Source of the DNA: Terrimicrobiaceae bacterium
Lineage (GTDB): Bacteria > Verrucomicrobiota > Verrucomicrobiia > Chthoniobacterales > JAATET01
DNA length: 64,000 nucleotides
Direction of reading: 5' to 3'
NCBI GenBank assembly: GCA_028713285.1
Contig: JAQTOP010000010.1
Span: forward strand, 207 to 64,206
Shown here in pieces: positions 27,889 through 37,090 of the stretch (its first letter is position 1; each line of letters begins with the position of its first letter). The notes beneath the pieces are model-generated. The model did not search any database, had not been told where the DNA came from, and saw only the letters and a program-made list of their open reading frames with translations. The position numbers were made by a program, and so were the translations under genes.

Positions 27889-28923
27889 TTACACCAGCCC
27901 CGCGGCAGCGTCCCCGTCGCGGTAGCTGCCCCATTTGCGATACGGCTGGTATTTGTTGGCTTCCGTTGCCGCCTTGCACCGCTCTTCGAGCGCGATCAAC
28001 GCGTCCTCGGGCATGGGCACATACGCCGCGGCGACCCCGGCATTTTCGCTCAACTGCACCTCCGACGTGATGCCGCTCACCACGGCCGCCACCGGGTGCG
28101 AGAGCGCGTAGGAGATCGCCTCGCGAACAGTGAGCACCCCGTCTTGCACCGATTTCCCATTCCCGCCGAGCGTCTTCATCGCCAGCGGGGCGATCCGCTG
28201 TTTGAGCAGCTCGGGAAGCACCCGCTTGACGAAGGCGTTCGAGTTCGCCTCGATCGGCGAAATGGGCATCTGACAGGAATCGAACGGGAATCCCTTCGAG
28301 AGCATCGCAAGGTGGACATCCGGGTCGGTGTGGCCGGTGAATCCGATAAATCGCACCTTGCCCCGCTTCTGCGCCTCCTGCATCACTTCGAGCGGACCTC
28401 CCGAACTGAATGCATGCTTCACGTGGTCCATCGACGCCACCGCATGAAGCTGCCAGAGGTCGAGGTGATCCGTTCCCAGCCGCTGCAGCGACCCCTCGAG
28501 GAATTTCATGATCTCCGCCCGGCCTCCCCTGCCGTGCGTGTCGAGCTTCGTCATCAGGAAAACTTTGTCCCGCCGGCCCTTGATTGCGCGGCCCATGAGC
28601 TCCTCGGCCTTCCCATCGAAATAGTCCGAGGCGTTGTCAAAAAAGTTGAGCCCGCGGTCCAACGCTCCGTCCACGATGCGCAGGGCTTCTTCATCGCTCG
28701 CCAGCCGCAGGGCATGCCCGCCCAGCACCATGGAGGACACCGTGAAGTCGTGGCGTCCGAACTTCCGCCTCAGCACCTGCGCGGGCCGCGTCGTCGCCGG
28801 CTCGTCCGATCCTGCCGAGAAGGCCCTCCCCGCCGCACTGGCCAGCAGCACGCCGGCTCCCGCCATGCCGAGCCGCCTTAGGAATTCTCTCCGCTCAAAT
28901 GGGGTGTCACGAAAGTCTCTCAT
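27889..28923 (-). CDS. Aldo/keto reductase with twin-arginine (Tat) signal
   Basis: The ATG at 28923 gives MRDFRDTPFERREFLRRLGMAGAGVLLASAAG, a Tat motif. AKR blocks are LGGHAL, NFFDNASDY, DLWQLHA and IGFTGH. Confidence 0.82.
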   Translation of the reverse strand: MRDFRDTPFERREFLRRLGMAGAGVLLASAAGRAFSAGSDEPATTRPAQVLRRKFGRHDFTVSSMVLGGHALRLASDEEALRIVDGALDRGLNFFDNASDYFDGKAEELMGRAIKGRRDKVFLMTKLDTHGRGGRAEIMKFLEGSLQRLGTDHLDLWQLHAVASMDHVKHAFSSGGPLEVMQEAQKRGKVRFIGFTGHTDPDVHLAMLSKGFPFDSCQMPISPIEANSNAFVKRVLPELLKQRIAPLAMKTLGGNGKSVQDGVLTVREAISYALSHPVAAVVSGITSEVQLSENAGVAAAYVPMPEDALIALEERCKAATEANKYQPYRKWGSYRDGDAAAGLV

Positions 28924-29072
28924 CAAAATCCTCCGCTTTCCGCCAGCCGAGCCGCATAGATTCCAAGTTGCAAGGACTTTCATCGCCAATTTGCCGCGGC
29001 GGGGTGCAGCCCGGCGCGCTCCCTTTTGGATCGGCTTGGCGTTGGTTACGAAGATTCACACACTCACGCCTT

Positions 29073-29947
29073 GTGGAAACCTTCGTCCGAAGCCTTGTCC
29101 TGCTTCTTCTCACGCTTTGTTCCGCCTGCAACGGGCGGGATCCGGGGACGGAACTCAACGTTTCCTTTGGTGAAGCCGACAGGCAGCCATTGCTGCTCGA
29201 CGTCTCCGGCCCCAAGCCGGAGGAAGGGAGGCGCGCCCGGCAGTGATCCTCGTCCACGGCGGGGGCTGGAGCGGCGGCGACAAGCGGGACTTTCACGACG
29301 TGGCGGCCGGCCTGGCCCGGCAGGGCTATGTGACCTTTTCCATCAACTACCGGCTCGCAACCGAAACTGCCAATCGCTGGCCGGCGCAACTCGACGACGC
29401 GCAACGGGCCGTCCGATGGGTGCGCGCGAACACAAGCCGCTACGGCGTCGATCCACAGCGGCTTGGCGCGATCGGGGGATCTGCCGGCGGGCATCTGGTG
29501 ACCTGCCTCGGGACGAGCGACACACGCGACAACACGGACGCCCCGCTCGCCGCGTATTCGAGCCGGGTCGCATGCGTCGTCGATTTGTTCGGCCCCACCG
29601 ACCTCACGGAAGACCTTGTTCCAAAGGTCAGGAATGGGGCGGCGGCCAACGACATTGTGCGAAGGTTGCTCGGCGGCACCGCCGCGGATCTGCCGGCCGT
29701 CGCGCGCGATGCATCCCCCCTGTTTCGCGTCGATGCAACGAGCGCTCCTTTTCTCATTTTCCATGGACGATCCGACGATCTCGTGCCCCTCGACAATGCC
29801 GAACGCCTCGACGCCGCACTCCGCAAAGCGGGCGTTGAATCCAGGTTGATCATCTACGATGGAGGCCACGGCTTCACGAACAACGAAATCGTCGGGCGCT
29901 TTCTCTCGGAGACGACAGCATTTTTTAAGAAACACCTGCGGCCTTGA
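29073..29947 (+). pseudogene. Alpha/beta-hydrolase esterase (HGGG-type, GxSxG = GGSAGG) split by a 1-nt frameshift
   Basis: The frame of ORF 28899..29246 encodes a signal peptide and N-terminus ((M)ETFVRSLVLLLLTLCSAC..NVSFGEADRQPLLLDVSGPKPEEG) and stops at TGA 29244-29246. The rest (..ARPAVILVHGGGWSGGDK..GGSAGGHL..FHGRSDDLVP) continues in the -1 frame, which is open from 29174. The track ORF 29243..29947 would start directly at HGGGW, which is structurally implausible. Adding one nt in the G/A-rich run at about 29222-29233 restores one ORF. Confidence 0.7.
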
Positions 29948-29998
29948 GAAGATTGCGGGCGCGATACCGCGAATAACCGCCGCGACCGCGAGCCGAAT

Positions 29999-30655
29999 TC
30001 AATCCACCACGCGCACCGGTGTGCCATTCGACGCATTCTGGAAGAAAATTTCCGCCATGTGGTCGGGAAGGCGCACGCAGCCGTGGGAGTCGGGAAACCC
30101 GGGGAGAAATCCCGCATGCATGCCGGCGCCATCGTGGAAGCGCAGGAAATAGGGCATCGGCGCGCCAAGGAAATGCCCGCCCGCCGGCTCGCGGTCCCTG
30201 GTGACATCCACATTCGCCACGAGCGTGTTCCCGCTCGCGTCCACGTAATTCCCATACAGGGTCGAGCGGTGATTCCTGTCCTTTTGAATCACACAAAAAC
30301 TTCCGTGCGGCGTGGGATGCTGCGCGTTGCCGCTGGAAATGGGTGTCTCGCCCACGAGCCGTCCGCCCTTGTAAAAAAGCGCCTTTTGCGCGCCGATGTC
30401 GATGGTGATGGCCGCCGCGCCCGATACGCCATCGCCGTGCCAGTAGGCTGCGGCCTCCGCCGCACGGGCCTTCGCGCGGGTCGATTGGATGGTGACGACC
30501 TGTCCGTTCGCCCCGAGAAACTGCGTCGCCTCGCTGTAGTTGCGCGACGGCGCGCGACGGCCTGCGGTCGAGTGTTTGGTGGTCTCGCAAGCGGCGAGCG
30601 CCAGCCCGAGCGCCAGGAGCGGCGCAAAGCGCAGACTGTCGCGCACCGCGTTCAT
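29999..30655 (-). CDS. L,D-transpeptidase (YkuD domain) lipoprotein
   Basis: An ATG at 30655 inside track ORF 29999..31342 gives MNAVRDSLRFAPLLALGLALAAC (lipobox). The catalytic block is GMHAGFLPGFPDSHGCVRLP. Confidence 0.85.
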   Translation of the reverse strand: MNAVRDSLRFAPLLALGLALAACETTKHSTAGRRAPSRNYSEATQFLGANGQVVTIQSTRAKARAAEAAAYWHGDGVSGAAAITIDIGAQKALFYKGGRLVGETPISSGNAQHPTPHGSFCVIQKDRNHRSTLYGNYVDASGNTLVANVDVTRDREPAGGHFLGAPMPYFLRFHDGAGMHAGFLPGFPDSHGCVRLPDHMAEIFFQNASNGTPVRVVD

Positions 30656-31272
30656 CGGATCACCTGGACGGGCGTGCCTTTCTGAACGTTCGCGAAATAA
30701 ATCTTCGCCATGTGCTCGGGCATGCGGATGCAACCGTGCGAATCGGGCACACCCGGCAGGAATCCCTGGTGCATGCCGACCCCCGGGGCGAAATGCATGA
30801 AATACGGCATCGATGCGCCGCGAAATTTCGCGCCTGGCGGTATCGGATCCACCTTCACGGCCACGTTCGCCTTGACCACCACGCCCTGCGCATCGACGTA
30901 ATCGCCGTAGAGGTTGGATGCGTGTGTGAGATCCTTGTCGATGATCCTGTAGTTGCCGGTCGGCGTCTCGTGGCCCTCGCGTCCGCTCGAGATCGCCGAC
31001 ACACCCACGAGTTTTCCGCCCTTGTAAAACGACGCCGTTTGCTCCGTGAGATTGATCACGACCGAGGGCGCGCCGGGCGCGCCGTCGCCATCCCAATACG
31101 AATTCGCATCCGCGAGCGTCGAGGCCTTGCCCCGGCTGATCACGTCGGCGCCTCCGCCGAGATAGGTCGTTTTTGGATTCGTGAGCCGGGTATCGTAATC
31201 CGCGCATCCGGTCCCGGCGAGCACCGCGACCGCCATGAAGCTGAACAGGACCAAAAAGTTTTTTATGCGCAT
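30652..31272 (-). CDS. L,D-transpeptidase (YkuD domain) lipoprotein
   Basis: The N-terminus MRIKNFLVLFSFMAVAVLAGTGC carries a lipobox, and the catalytic block is GMHQGFLPGVPDSHGCIRMP. It has an ATGA overlap with its downstream paralog. Confidence 0.88.
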   Translation of the reverse strand: MRIKNFLVLFSFMAVAVLAGTGCADYDTRLTNPKTTYLGGGADVISRGKASTLADANSYWDGDGAPGAPSVVINLTEQTASFYKGGKLVGVSAISSGREGHETPTGNYRIIDKDLTHASNLYGDYVDAQGVVVKANVAVKVDPIPPGAKFRGASMPYFMHFAPGVGMHQGFLPGVPDSHGCIRMPEHMAKIYFANVQKGTPVQVIR

Positions 31273-31376
31273 GCTGGAGCGGCAGGAATAAATGAAAGGC
31301 CCGTCGCGTCAAGTCCCGGCCAACGACCCGGTTGCCCTCCACCCCCCGAGTTTGCTAGGCTCCGCCCGCCATCACC

Positions 31377-31703
31377 ATGCCCACCTACGAATACGAGTGC
31401 TCCAAGTGCCGCAAAGGCTTCGAACTTTTCCAGTCGATGAAGGACGATGCTCTAAAAATCTGTCCGAAGTCCCATTGCCGCATGAAGACCTGGGGCAAGG
31501 GCCCCGTGAAGCGGATGCTTGGCACCGGCGCGGGGCTGATTTTCAAGGGCTCCGGATTCTACATCACCGACTACCGCAGCGAGGGCTACAAGGCCGCCGC
31601 GAAGAAGGACGCTCCTCCATCGAGCGGGGATTCCTCGCCGAAAGCGGAATCGAAACCCGCTGAAAAACCCGCGGCAAAACCAACGAAAAAATCCGATGGC
31701 TGA
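31377..31703 (+). CDS. FmdB-family zinc-ribbon protein
   Basis: MPTYEYECSKCRKGFELFQSM..ICPKSHC is the CxxC...CxxxC signature of the FmdB/CxxC_CxxC_SSSS family. It is followed by GFYITDYR and a K/A/P-rich tail. Confidence 0.85.
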   Translation: MPTYEYECSKCRKGFELFQSMKDDALKICPKSHCRMKTWGKGPVKRMLGTGAGLIFKGSGFYITDYRSEGYKAAAKKDAPPSSGDSSPKAESKPAEKPAAKPTKKSDG

Positions 31704-32493
31704 GCCCGGCAACAGTGCGGCGAACGCGCGCTGTCCGGCGTGCGGATTCGAAAACGCGCCCCATTCGCTCTTTTGCAAGGATTGCGGGGCGAAGCTCGAA
31801 ATCGCCCCTCCCAGCTACCTTGCCGGACCGGCGGCCGAGATCGCGTCTCCAGGCGCCGCCCCAAAGGCCGCGCCTGTATCGAGAAAGCCCTGCATCCTCA
31901 GCGCGCGGCGTCACCGGCCGGTCGGAGCGTTCCTCGGCACGAGCCTGCGCATCGTCATTTACGCCGCCATCGTGGCGGCCGTCATCCAGATCCTGCGCGC
32001 CCCGCGCGACCTTCCGCAGCCGGGACCGCCGATCGATGCGAAGGTCGTCGCAGACGTCCGCGCGCGGCTGGCGGATGCCGCGCAACGCGGCATCCCGGTG
32101 GATGCGCCGTGGCCCCGGACAAATGCCTACCTCGCCTCCGTGCTCGCGCCGGGCGCAAACGAAAGCCCGGTCGCCGCTTCGTTCGTGCGCGCTTTGCTCA
32201 CGCCCGAGCCAGGCGGTTTCGCGCTCACCATCCAAAAGACCGTCGCCCACATCCCGATCTACACGACGGTGAATTACGAACTGGTGTCGCGCGGCGGCGC
32301 GCTCGCGCTGGTGCGCACGGGCGCCGCGATTGGCCGCATGCCGCTGCCCGCAATGGTCGCGCCGCTCGTCGAATCCACCGGCGGAGACCTCAGCGGCGCG
32401 CTCAAGTTCGAGCTGGATATCCTGCGCGGCGCCCGCACCGTGCAATTCTCCCCCGCGACCGCCCACATCGAGTTCGCGCGCGCCCGGCCATGA
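31696..32493 (+). CDS. Zinc-ribbon membrane protein, hypothetical
   Basis: The N-terminus has CPACGFEN..FCKDCGAK (double CxxC), then one TM helix (LRIVIYAAIVAAVIQIL). It overlaps the upstream gene by 8 nt and the downstream gene by 4 nt. Confidence 0.7.
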   Translation: MAEPGNSAANARCPACGFENAPHSLFCKDCGAKLEIAPPSYLAGPAAEIASPGAAPKAAPVSRKPCILSARRHRPVGAFLGTSLRIVIYAAIVAAVIQILRAPRDLPQPGPPIDAKVVADVRARLADAAQRGIPVDAPWPRTNAYLASVLAPGANESPVAASFVRALLTPEPGGFALTIQKTVAHIPIYTTVNYELVSRGGALALVRTGAAIGRMPLPAMVAPLVESTGGDLSGALKFELDILRGARTVQFSPATAHIEFARARP

Positions 32494-33791
32494 CCGCGCG
32501 GATGGCCCTCACCGCGTTGCTGCTTTCCGCGGCAGCCGCCCCCGCTGCGCTCGACGTGCCCACGCGTTCCGTGAGTTCGTCGCGGCAGTTTGTCATCTAC
32601 GCGACCGATCCGGGCATCCGCTCCGCCGTCGCGATAAAGGCCGAGGATTTGAAAGGCGCCGTTCTCGAGGCGCTGCGCGCAAAGGACGAATGGAAACTGC
32701 CGATCATCCTCAACATCGGCTCCACCCCGCCGAGTGCGAAGCGCCCGCCGCGTTTCCTGCTCGGCATCTACGAGGGTGACGGCGGACAGGCGAAGGTGCA
32801 GTTCGACGTATTCGATCTCGGCCTGCTCAAGGAACCGGAATTCCAGACCCAGATCCTCACGGCGATCCTGCTCGAGGCTGCCTACCGCCGCACGCCTCCC
32901 AAGGCCGGGCGGCCCTTCGAGCCGCCGCCCGCATGGGTGGTCGAGGGCCTCGCCGAGCGCATCCGATCCCGCGACGACGATTCCCGCGCCGGCCTCTACG
33001 CGAGCCTGCTTTCCAGCGCGAACCCGCCCCGGCTCGCGGATTTCCTCGGCGTGCAGCCCGGGCGCCTCGACGCGACATCGCGCACCATTTATTGCGTCCA
33101 GGCCGCAGCCCTGCTGGACGCCGTCCTCGCCCTGCCGGACGGCCGTACGGGATTGCGCCAGTATTTGTCCGTTCCGCACCGCTCGCCCGCGCTTCTCTCC
33201 GAGGTCGTCGCAGCCTTCCCCTCGCTGGGCAAGGACGGCGGGCCGCTCAGCCGCAAATGGGTGCTCGCCATCGCCCGGGCGTCCGCCGCAAACCGCGTCG
33301 ATCTTCTCGACGAACGCGAGACCGCGAAGGAACTCGACCGCCTGCTCGCGGTGAAGGCGCTTCCCGATCCGAAGCACCCCGAGGTCGCCTCGATGTCCGG
33401 CCCATACGCCCTGCCGGCCATCGCCCGCAGCCAGAACGGGCGCTTCATCCTCGCGCAGGCGGAGAACGGCCTGCTGCAACTCTCGCTGCGCGCTCATCCG
33501 CTCTACAAATCCCTCGTCGATGAATATCTCGGCATCACGCGCGATCTCATCGCGAAACCCAAACGCCGCCTCGACAAGCGCATCGCGACGGCGGAGGAAA
33601 TCCGCGCGGGCCTCTCGCGGCAGACCTCCGAAGCCCGCGACTACCTGGACTGGGTCGAGGCGACAAAAATCAAAACTGAGAACACCGACCTCTCCAGCAC
33701 GCTCCAGGACATCGACAACCTCGAGGCGGCTCCCTCGCGCACCGACGCAATCTCGCGCCTGCTCGACGCAGCCTCGGAGCGCGGCTGGTGA
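32490..33791 (+). CDS. Secreted hypothetical protein (433 aa)
   Basis: An ATG at 32490 (ATGA overlap) inside track ORF 31740..33791 gives a signal peptide MTARMALTALLLSAAAAPA. The translation is coding-like, but I recognise no family. Confidence 0.7.
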   Translation: MTARMALTALLLSAAAAPAALDVPTRSVSSSRQFVIYATDPGIRSAVAIKAEDLKGAVLEALRAKDEWKLPIILNIGSTPPSAKRPPRFLLGIYEGDGGQAKVQFDVFDLGLLKEPEFQTQILTAILLEAAYRRTPPKAGRPFEPPPAWVVEGLAERIRSRDDDSRAGLYASLLSSANPPRLADFLGVQPGRLDATSRTIYCVQAAALLDAVLALPDGRTGLRQYLSVPHRSPALLSEVVAAFPSLGKDGGPLSRKWVLAIARASAANRVDLLDERETAKELDRLLAVKALPDPKHPEVASMSGPYALPAIARSQNGRFILAQAENGLLQLSLRAHPLYKSLVDEYLGITRDLIAKPKRRLDKRIATAEEIRAGLSRQTSEARDYLDWVEATKIKTENTDLSSTLQDIDNLEAAPSRTDAISRLLDAASERGW

Positions 33792-33881
33792 GATTTGCCC
33801 GGCCCCGCCCCCCGCGCTCCGGATTAAATATTCCGTCTTCCCGATTGCGCGGCGCGCCCGGGGACCTATCATCCAGAAGCC

Positions 33882-34025
33882 ATGTTTCACCTCACGCGGC
33901 GGGAGCGGCTGCTCATTGCGTGCCTGCTCCTCGCGTTCCTCACCGGGCTCGCGGTGAAGCATTTTCGCCAGGCGGGCATGGCGGCCGCCAACCCACCAAC
34001 CGATCACAGGAATGCAAAGCGTTAG
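33882..34025 (+). CDS. Possible 47-aa membrane peptide (below ORF-track size cutoff)
   Basis: ATG 33882 gives MFHLTRRERLLIACLLLAFLTGLAVKHFRQAGMAAANPPTDHRNAKR, which has one TM helix. It overlaps the next gene start by 14 nt. The only support is position and hydrophobicity. Confidence 0.3.
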   Translation: MFHLTRRERLLIACLLLAFLTGLAVKHFRQAGMAAANPPTDHRNAKR

Positions 34026-34443
34026 TTTTCCCGAGGCACTCGATGCCGTTCTCAATCGCGATGCCCGCTACGACCGCGAGGCCTACGTGTTCCTCCGCGA
34101 CGCCCTCGAATTCAGCCTGAAAAAGCGCCGCAAGTCCCGCAAGGATGAGCCCGGCGACATCCCTGCCGCCGAATTGCTCGACGGCTTCCGCCTCTACGCG
34201 CTCAAGGAATTCGGCCCGATGGCGCACCTCGTGCTCGGCTACTGGGGCGTGCGATCCTGCGACGACATCGGCAACCTCGTTTTCAATCTCGTCGATGCCA
34301 GCGTGTTCAGCAAAACCGAGCGCGATACGGCGGCGGAATTCCGCGCCGGCTTCGATTTCGACGAGGCATTTCTCGCCCCATTCCGCCCGCAAAGAAAAAA
34401 ATTGAGCACTTCGCCGCCGCACGTTGTCGAACGCGGCTCATGA
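34012..34443 (+). CDS. Conserved hypothetical protein (Minf_1886 / Verrucomicrobia-Planctomycetes-restricted family-like)
   Basis: The 143-aa sequence MQSVSFPEALDAVLNRDARYDREAYVFLRDALEF..HVSGAELL-type motif (DIPAAELLDGFRLYALKEFGPMA..VLGYWGVRSCDDIGNLVFNLVD) matches my memory of that family. No search was possible. Confidence 0.65.
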   Translation: MQSVSFPEALDAVLNRDARYDREAYVFLRDALEFSLKKRRKSRKDEPGDIPAAELLDGFRLYALKEFGPMAHLVLGYWGVRSCDDIGNLVFNLVDASVFSKTERDTAAEFRAGFDFDEAFLAPFRPQRKKLSTSPPHVVERGS

Positions 34444-37067
34444 GGTCGTCGTTGTTTCTGCCCTTAGCCATCATGTCCCTGCTTGCCGTCACCGGATACT
34501 CACACGCCAAAAAGCCATCCGCCACCGCCACCAGCGCCCCCATCACCCTTCCCGCAACCACGGCGCAGGTCTTCACCCTTCCTGACGGCCTCACGGTCAT
34601 CATTGACGAGGACCACAGCGCTCCGGTCGCCAGCGTGCAGGCCTGGTGCGAAACGGGCAGCATCGACGAGGACAAATGGATGGGCGCCGGCCTCTCGCAC
34701 ATCCTCGAGCACATGCTCTTCAAGGGCACCGAGACCCGCCCGCCCGGCAGCATCGCCCGGCAGGTACAGGATCGCGGCGGTTACATCAACGCCTACACGT
34801 CCTTCGACCGCACCGTTTTCTACATCGACACTCCCGCCGACGGCGCGAGCGAGGCCGTGGACATCCTTTCCGACGCGGTGATGAATGCCACGCTTCCGCC
34901 CGTCGAATACGCGAAGGAGCAAAACGTCATCCGCCGCGAGTTCGCGATGGGCTTCGACGATCCCGACCGCATGAGTTCGCAGCTCATGTTCCGCACCGTC
35001 TTCTCGCAGAGCCCGTTCCGACACCCGGTCATCGGCTACCTCGACATCTACAACCGCCTCAGCCGCGAGGACGTCTTTGCCTACTACAAGCGCCGCTACG
35101 TTCCGAACAATCTCGTCTTCGTCATCGTCGGCGACGTCGATGCGGCGAAGATCAAGGCGCAGATCGAGGCCACCTTCGAAAAATTCCCGCGCAAACCGCT
35201 CGAGCCGGTGTTCGTCGCCCAGGAGCCCCCGCAGGCCGGCCGCCGCGACGCCCACGAGGAGTTTCCCACCGAACTCACGCGCCTCACCCTCGCCTGGCCC
35301 ATTCCCGCAGTCACCGATCCCGACATGCCCGCGCTCGACCTGCTCGGCACCGTGCTGGGCGGTGGCGCCAGCACTCCTCTCAATCAGGAAATCCGCGAAA
35401 AAAAGCGGCTCGCCTTCCGCATCGATGCCGGGTCCTACGCCCTGTCCGACGGCGGCATCTTCGCGATCCAGGCGATCTGCGCCCCCGGGAACCGCGAGGC
35501 CGTCGAGCAGGAGTCACTCGCCATCCTCAAGCGGGCGCAGAAGGACGGCATCACCGCCGCCGAACTCGACAAAGCCCGCAAATCCCTTCTCGCCACGCAA
35601 CTCGGCGCGCTCGCCACCGTGCGCGGTCGCGCCGGAGACCTCGGCTCGAACTGGCTGCAAACCCGCAATCTCAATTTCAGCCGCGACTACCTGGACGCGA
35701 TCAATCGCGTCACCCCCGACGACCTCAAACGCGTCGCAAACCGCTATCTCATCGACGATCACCTCAACGTCACCTCGCTCAACCCCGCCGGCTCCCTCGC
35801 GAAGAAAGCGGTGCAACCCGCCGGCGCGCGCGAAACCGATGTGCAAAAATTCGAGTTGCCCAATGGCCTGCGCCTTCTCGTCCGGGAGGACCATAAAGTC
35901 CCGCTCGTTTCGCTGGTTGCGGTCTTCAAGGGCGGCCTCCTGGCCGAAGCGCCCGCTTCGAATGGCACCGCCCGCCTGATGGCAAGTTCGATGCTCAAGG
36001 GAACCGCGAGCCGCACGGCCGAACAGATCGCCGGACAGATCGAGTCCGTCGGCGGAGACATCTCCAGCGATTCCGGGAACAACAGCTTTACCATCTCCGC
36101 CGGCGTGATGAAGCCCGACCTCAAGCTGGGCCTCGACCTGCTCGCCGATGTCCTCACGAATCCGACGTTCCCGGAGGACGAAGTGAAGACCGAGCAGGCC
36201 GCGCAGCTTGCAGCCATCAAGGCCGAGGACGACGAACCGACCAACGTTGCCCGCAATCTCCTGCGTCAAAAACTCTTCGGCGCGCACCCCTACGCCATGC
36301 GCAGCATCGGCTCGCCCGAGGTCGTCTCGAAACTCGCCCCGGCGCAGCTCCGCGCGCTGCACGACAAACTCGTCGTCGCAAAGAATGGCGTCCTCGCCGT
36401 CTTCGGCGACGTGGATGCGCAGGAAGTCTATGCGCTTGCGAAAAAGGCCTTCGCCGCGCTGCCGCCGGGCGGCTCCGCGCTGCCGAATCCCGCGCCAGCC
36501 GCCAGGCTTGTCGTCACGGAAACCGCCACCGCGAACCGCCCGAAAAACCAGGCCATCGTCATGGTCGGCTACCCGGGCGCGGATTTGCTCAGCCCCGACA
36601 GGCCCGCGCTCGAACTCATCGACACCGCATCCAGCGACCTGGGATCGCGCTTCTTCGATCGCATCCGCGAAAAAATGGGGCTCGCCTACTTTATCGGCAC
36701 CTCCCAGCTCCAGGGGCCCACTCCCGGCGCGTTCGTCTTTTATCTCGGCACCGACCCATCCAAGGTCGATCAAGTGCGCACCGAGTTCCACGATGAGATC
36801 GGCAAGCTCGCGACCGGCGGCCTCACGGCCGAGGAACTCGCCCGGGCAAAAAAGAAACTGCTGGGCGCGGAGGCGATCCGCGACCAGAGCAACTCCGCCA
36901 TGGCCCAGGCCATCGCCCTGGACGAACTCTTCGGCCTCGGCGCGGACCATTACAAAAAGCGCAAAGCGGAGATCGAGTCCGTCACGCTGGACGATACCAA
37001 GCGCATCGCCGGAAAGTATTTCAACCAGCCCGGCAGCGTCGAAGTGATCGTCGCGCCGCCTAAGTAG
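34440..37067 (+). CDS. M16-family zinc metallopeptidase (pitrilysin-like), two fused M16 units
   Basis: The protein has a signal peptide and an inverted zinc motif HxxEH (SHILEHMLFKGT). A second M16-like half begins near residue 450 (FELPNGLRLLVREDHKVPLVSL). Confidence 0.88.
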   Translation: MRSSLFLPLAIMSLLAVTGYSHAKKPSATATSAPITLPATTAQVFTLPDGLTVIIDEDHSAPVASVQAWCETGSIDEDKWMGAGLSHILEHMLFKGTETRPPGSIARQVQDRGGYINAYTSFDRTVFYIDTPADGASEAVDILSDAVMNATLPPVEYAKEQNVIRREFAMGFDDPDRMSSQLMFRTVFSQSPFRHPVIGYLDIYNRLSREDVFAYYKRRYVPNNLVFVIVGDVDAAKIKAQIEATFEKFPRKPLEPVFVAQEPPQAGRRDAHEEFPTELTRLTLAWPIPAVTDPDMPALDLLGTVLGGGASTPLNQEIREKKRLAFRIDAGSYALSDGGIFAIQAICAPGNREAVEQESLAILKRAQKDGITAAELDKARKSLLATQLGALATVRGRAGDLGSNWLQTRNLNFSRDYLDAINRVTPDDLKRVANRYLIDDHLNVTSLNPAGSLAKKAVQPAGARETDVQKFELPNGLRLLVREDHKVPLVSLVAVFKGGLLAEAPASNGTARLMASSMLKGTASRTAEQIAGQIESVGGDISSDSGNNSFTISAGVMKPDLKLGLDLLADVLTNPTFPEDEVKTEQAAQLAAIKAEDDEPTNVARNLLRQKLFGAHPYAMRSIGSPEVVSKLAPAQLRALHDKLVVAKNGVLAVFGDVDAQEVYALAKKAFAALPPGGSALPNPAPAARLVVTETATANRPKNQAIVMVGYPGADLLSPDRPALELIDTASSDLGSRFFDRIREKMGLAYFIGTSQLQGPTPGAFVFYLGTDPSKVDQVRTEFHDEIGKLATGGLTAEELARAKKKLLGAEAIRDQSNSAMAQAIALDELFGLGADHYKKRKAEIESVTLDDTKRIAGKYFNQPGSVEVIVAPPK

Positions 37068-37090
37068 TCCTCCTCCCACAGAACCAAATC

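Noticed and set aside
35514-37079. 521-aa minus-strand ORF, and similar ORFs such as 34500..35255
   Set aside because: They are antisense to the M16 peptidase gene, whose HxxEH motif and signal peptide support the plus strand.
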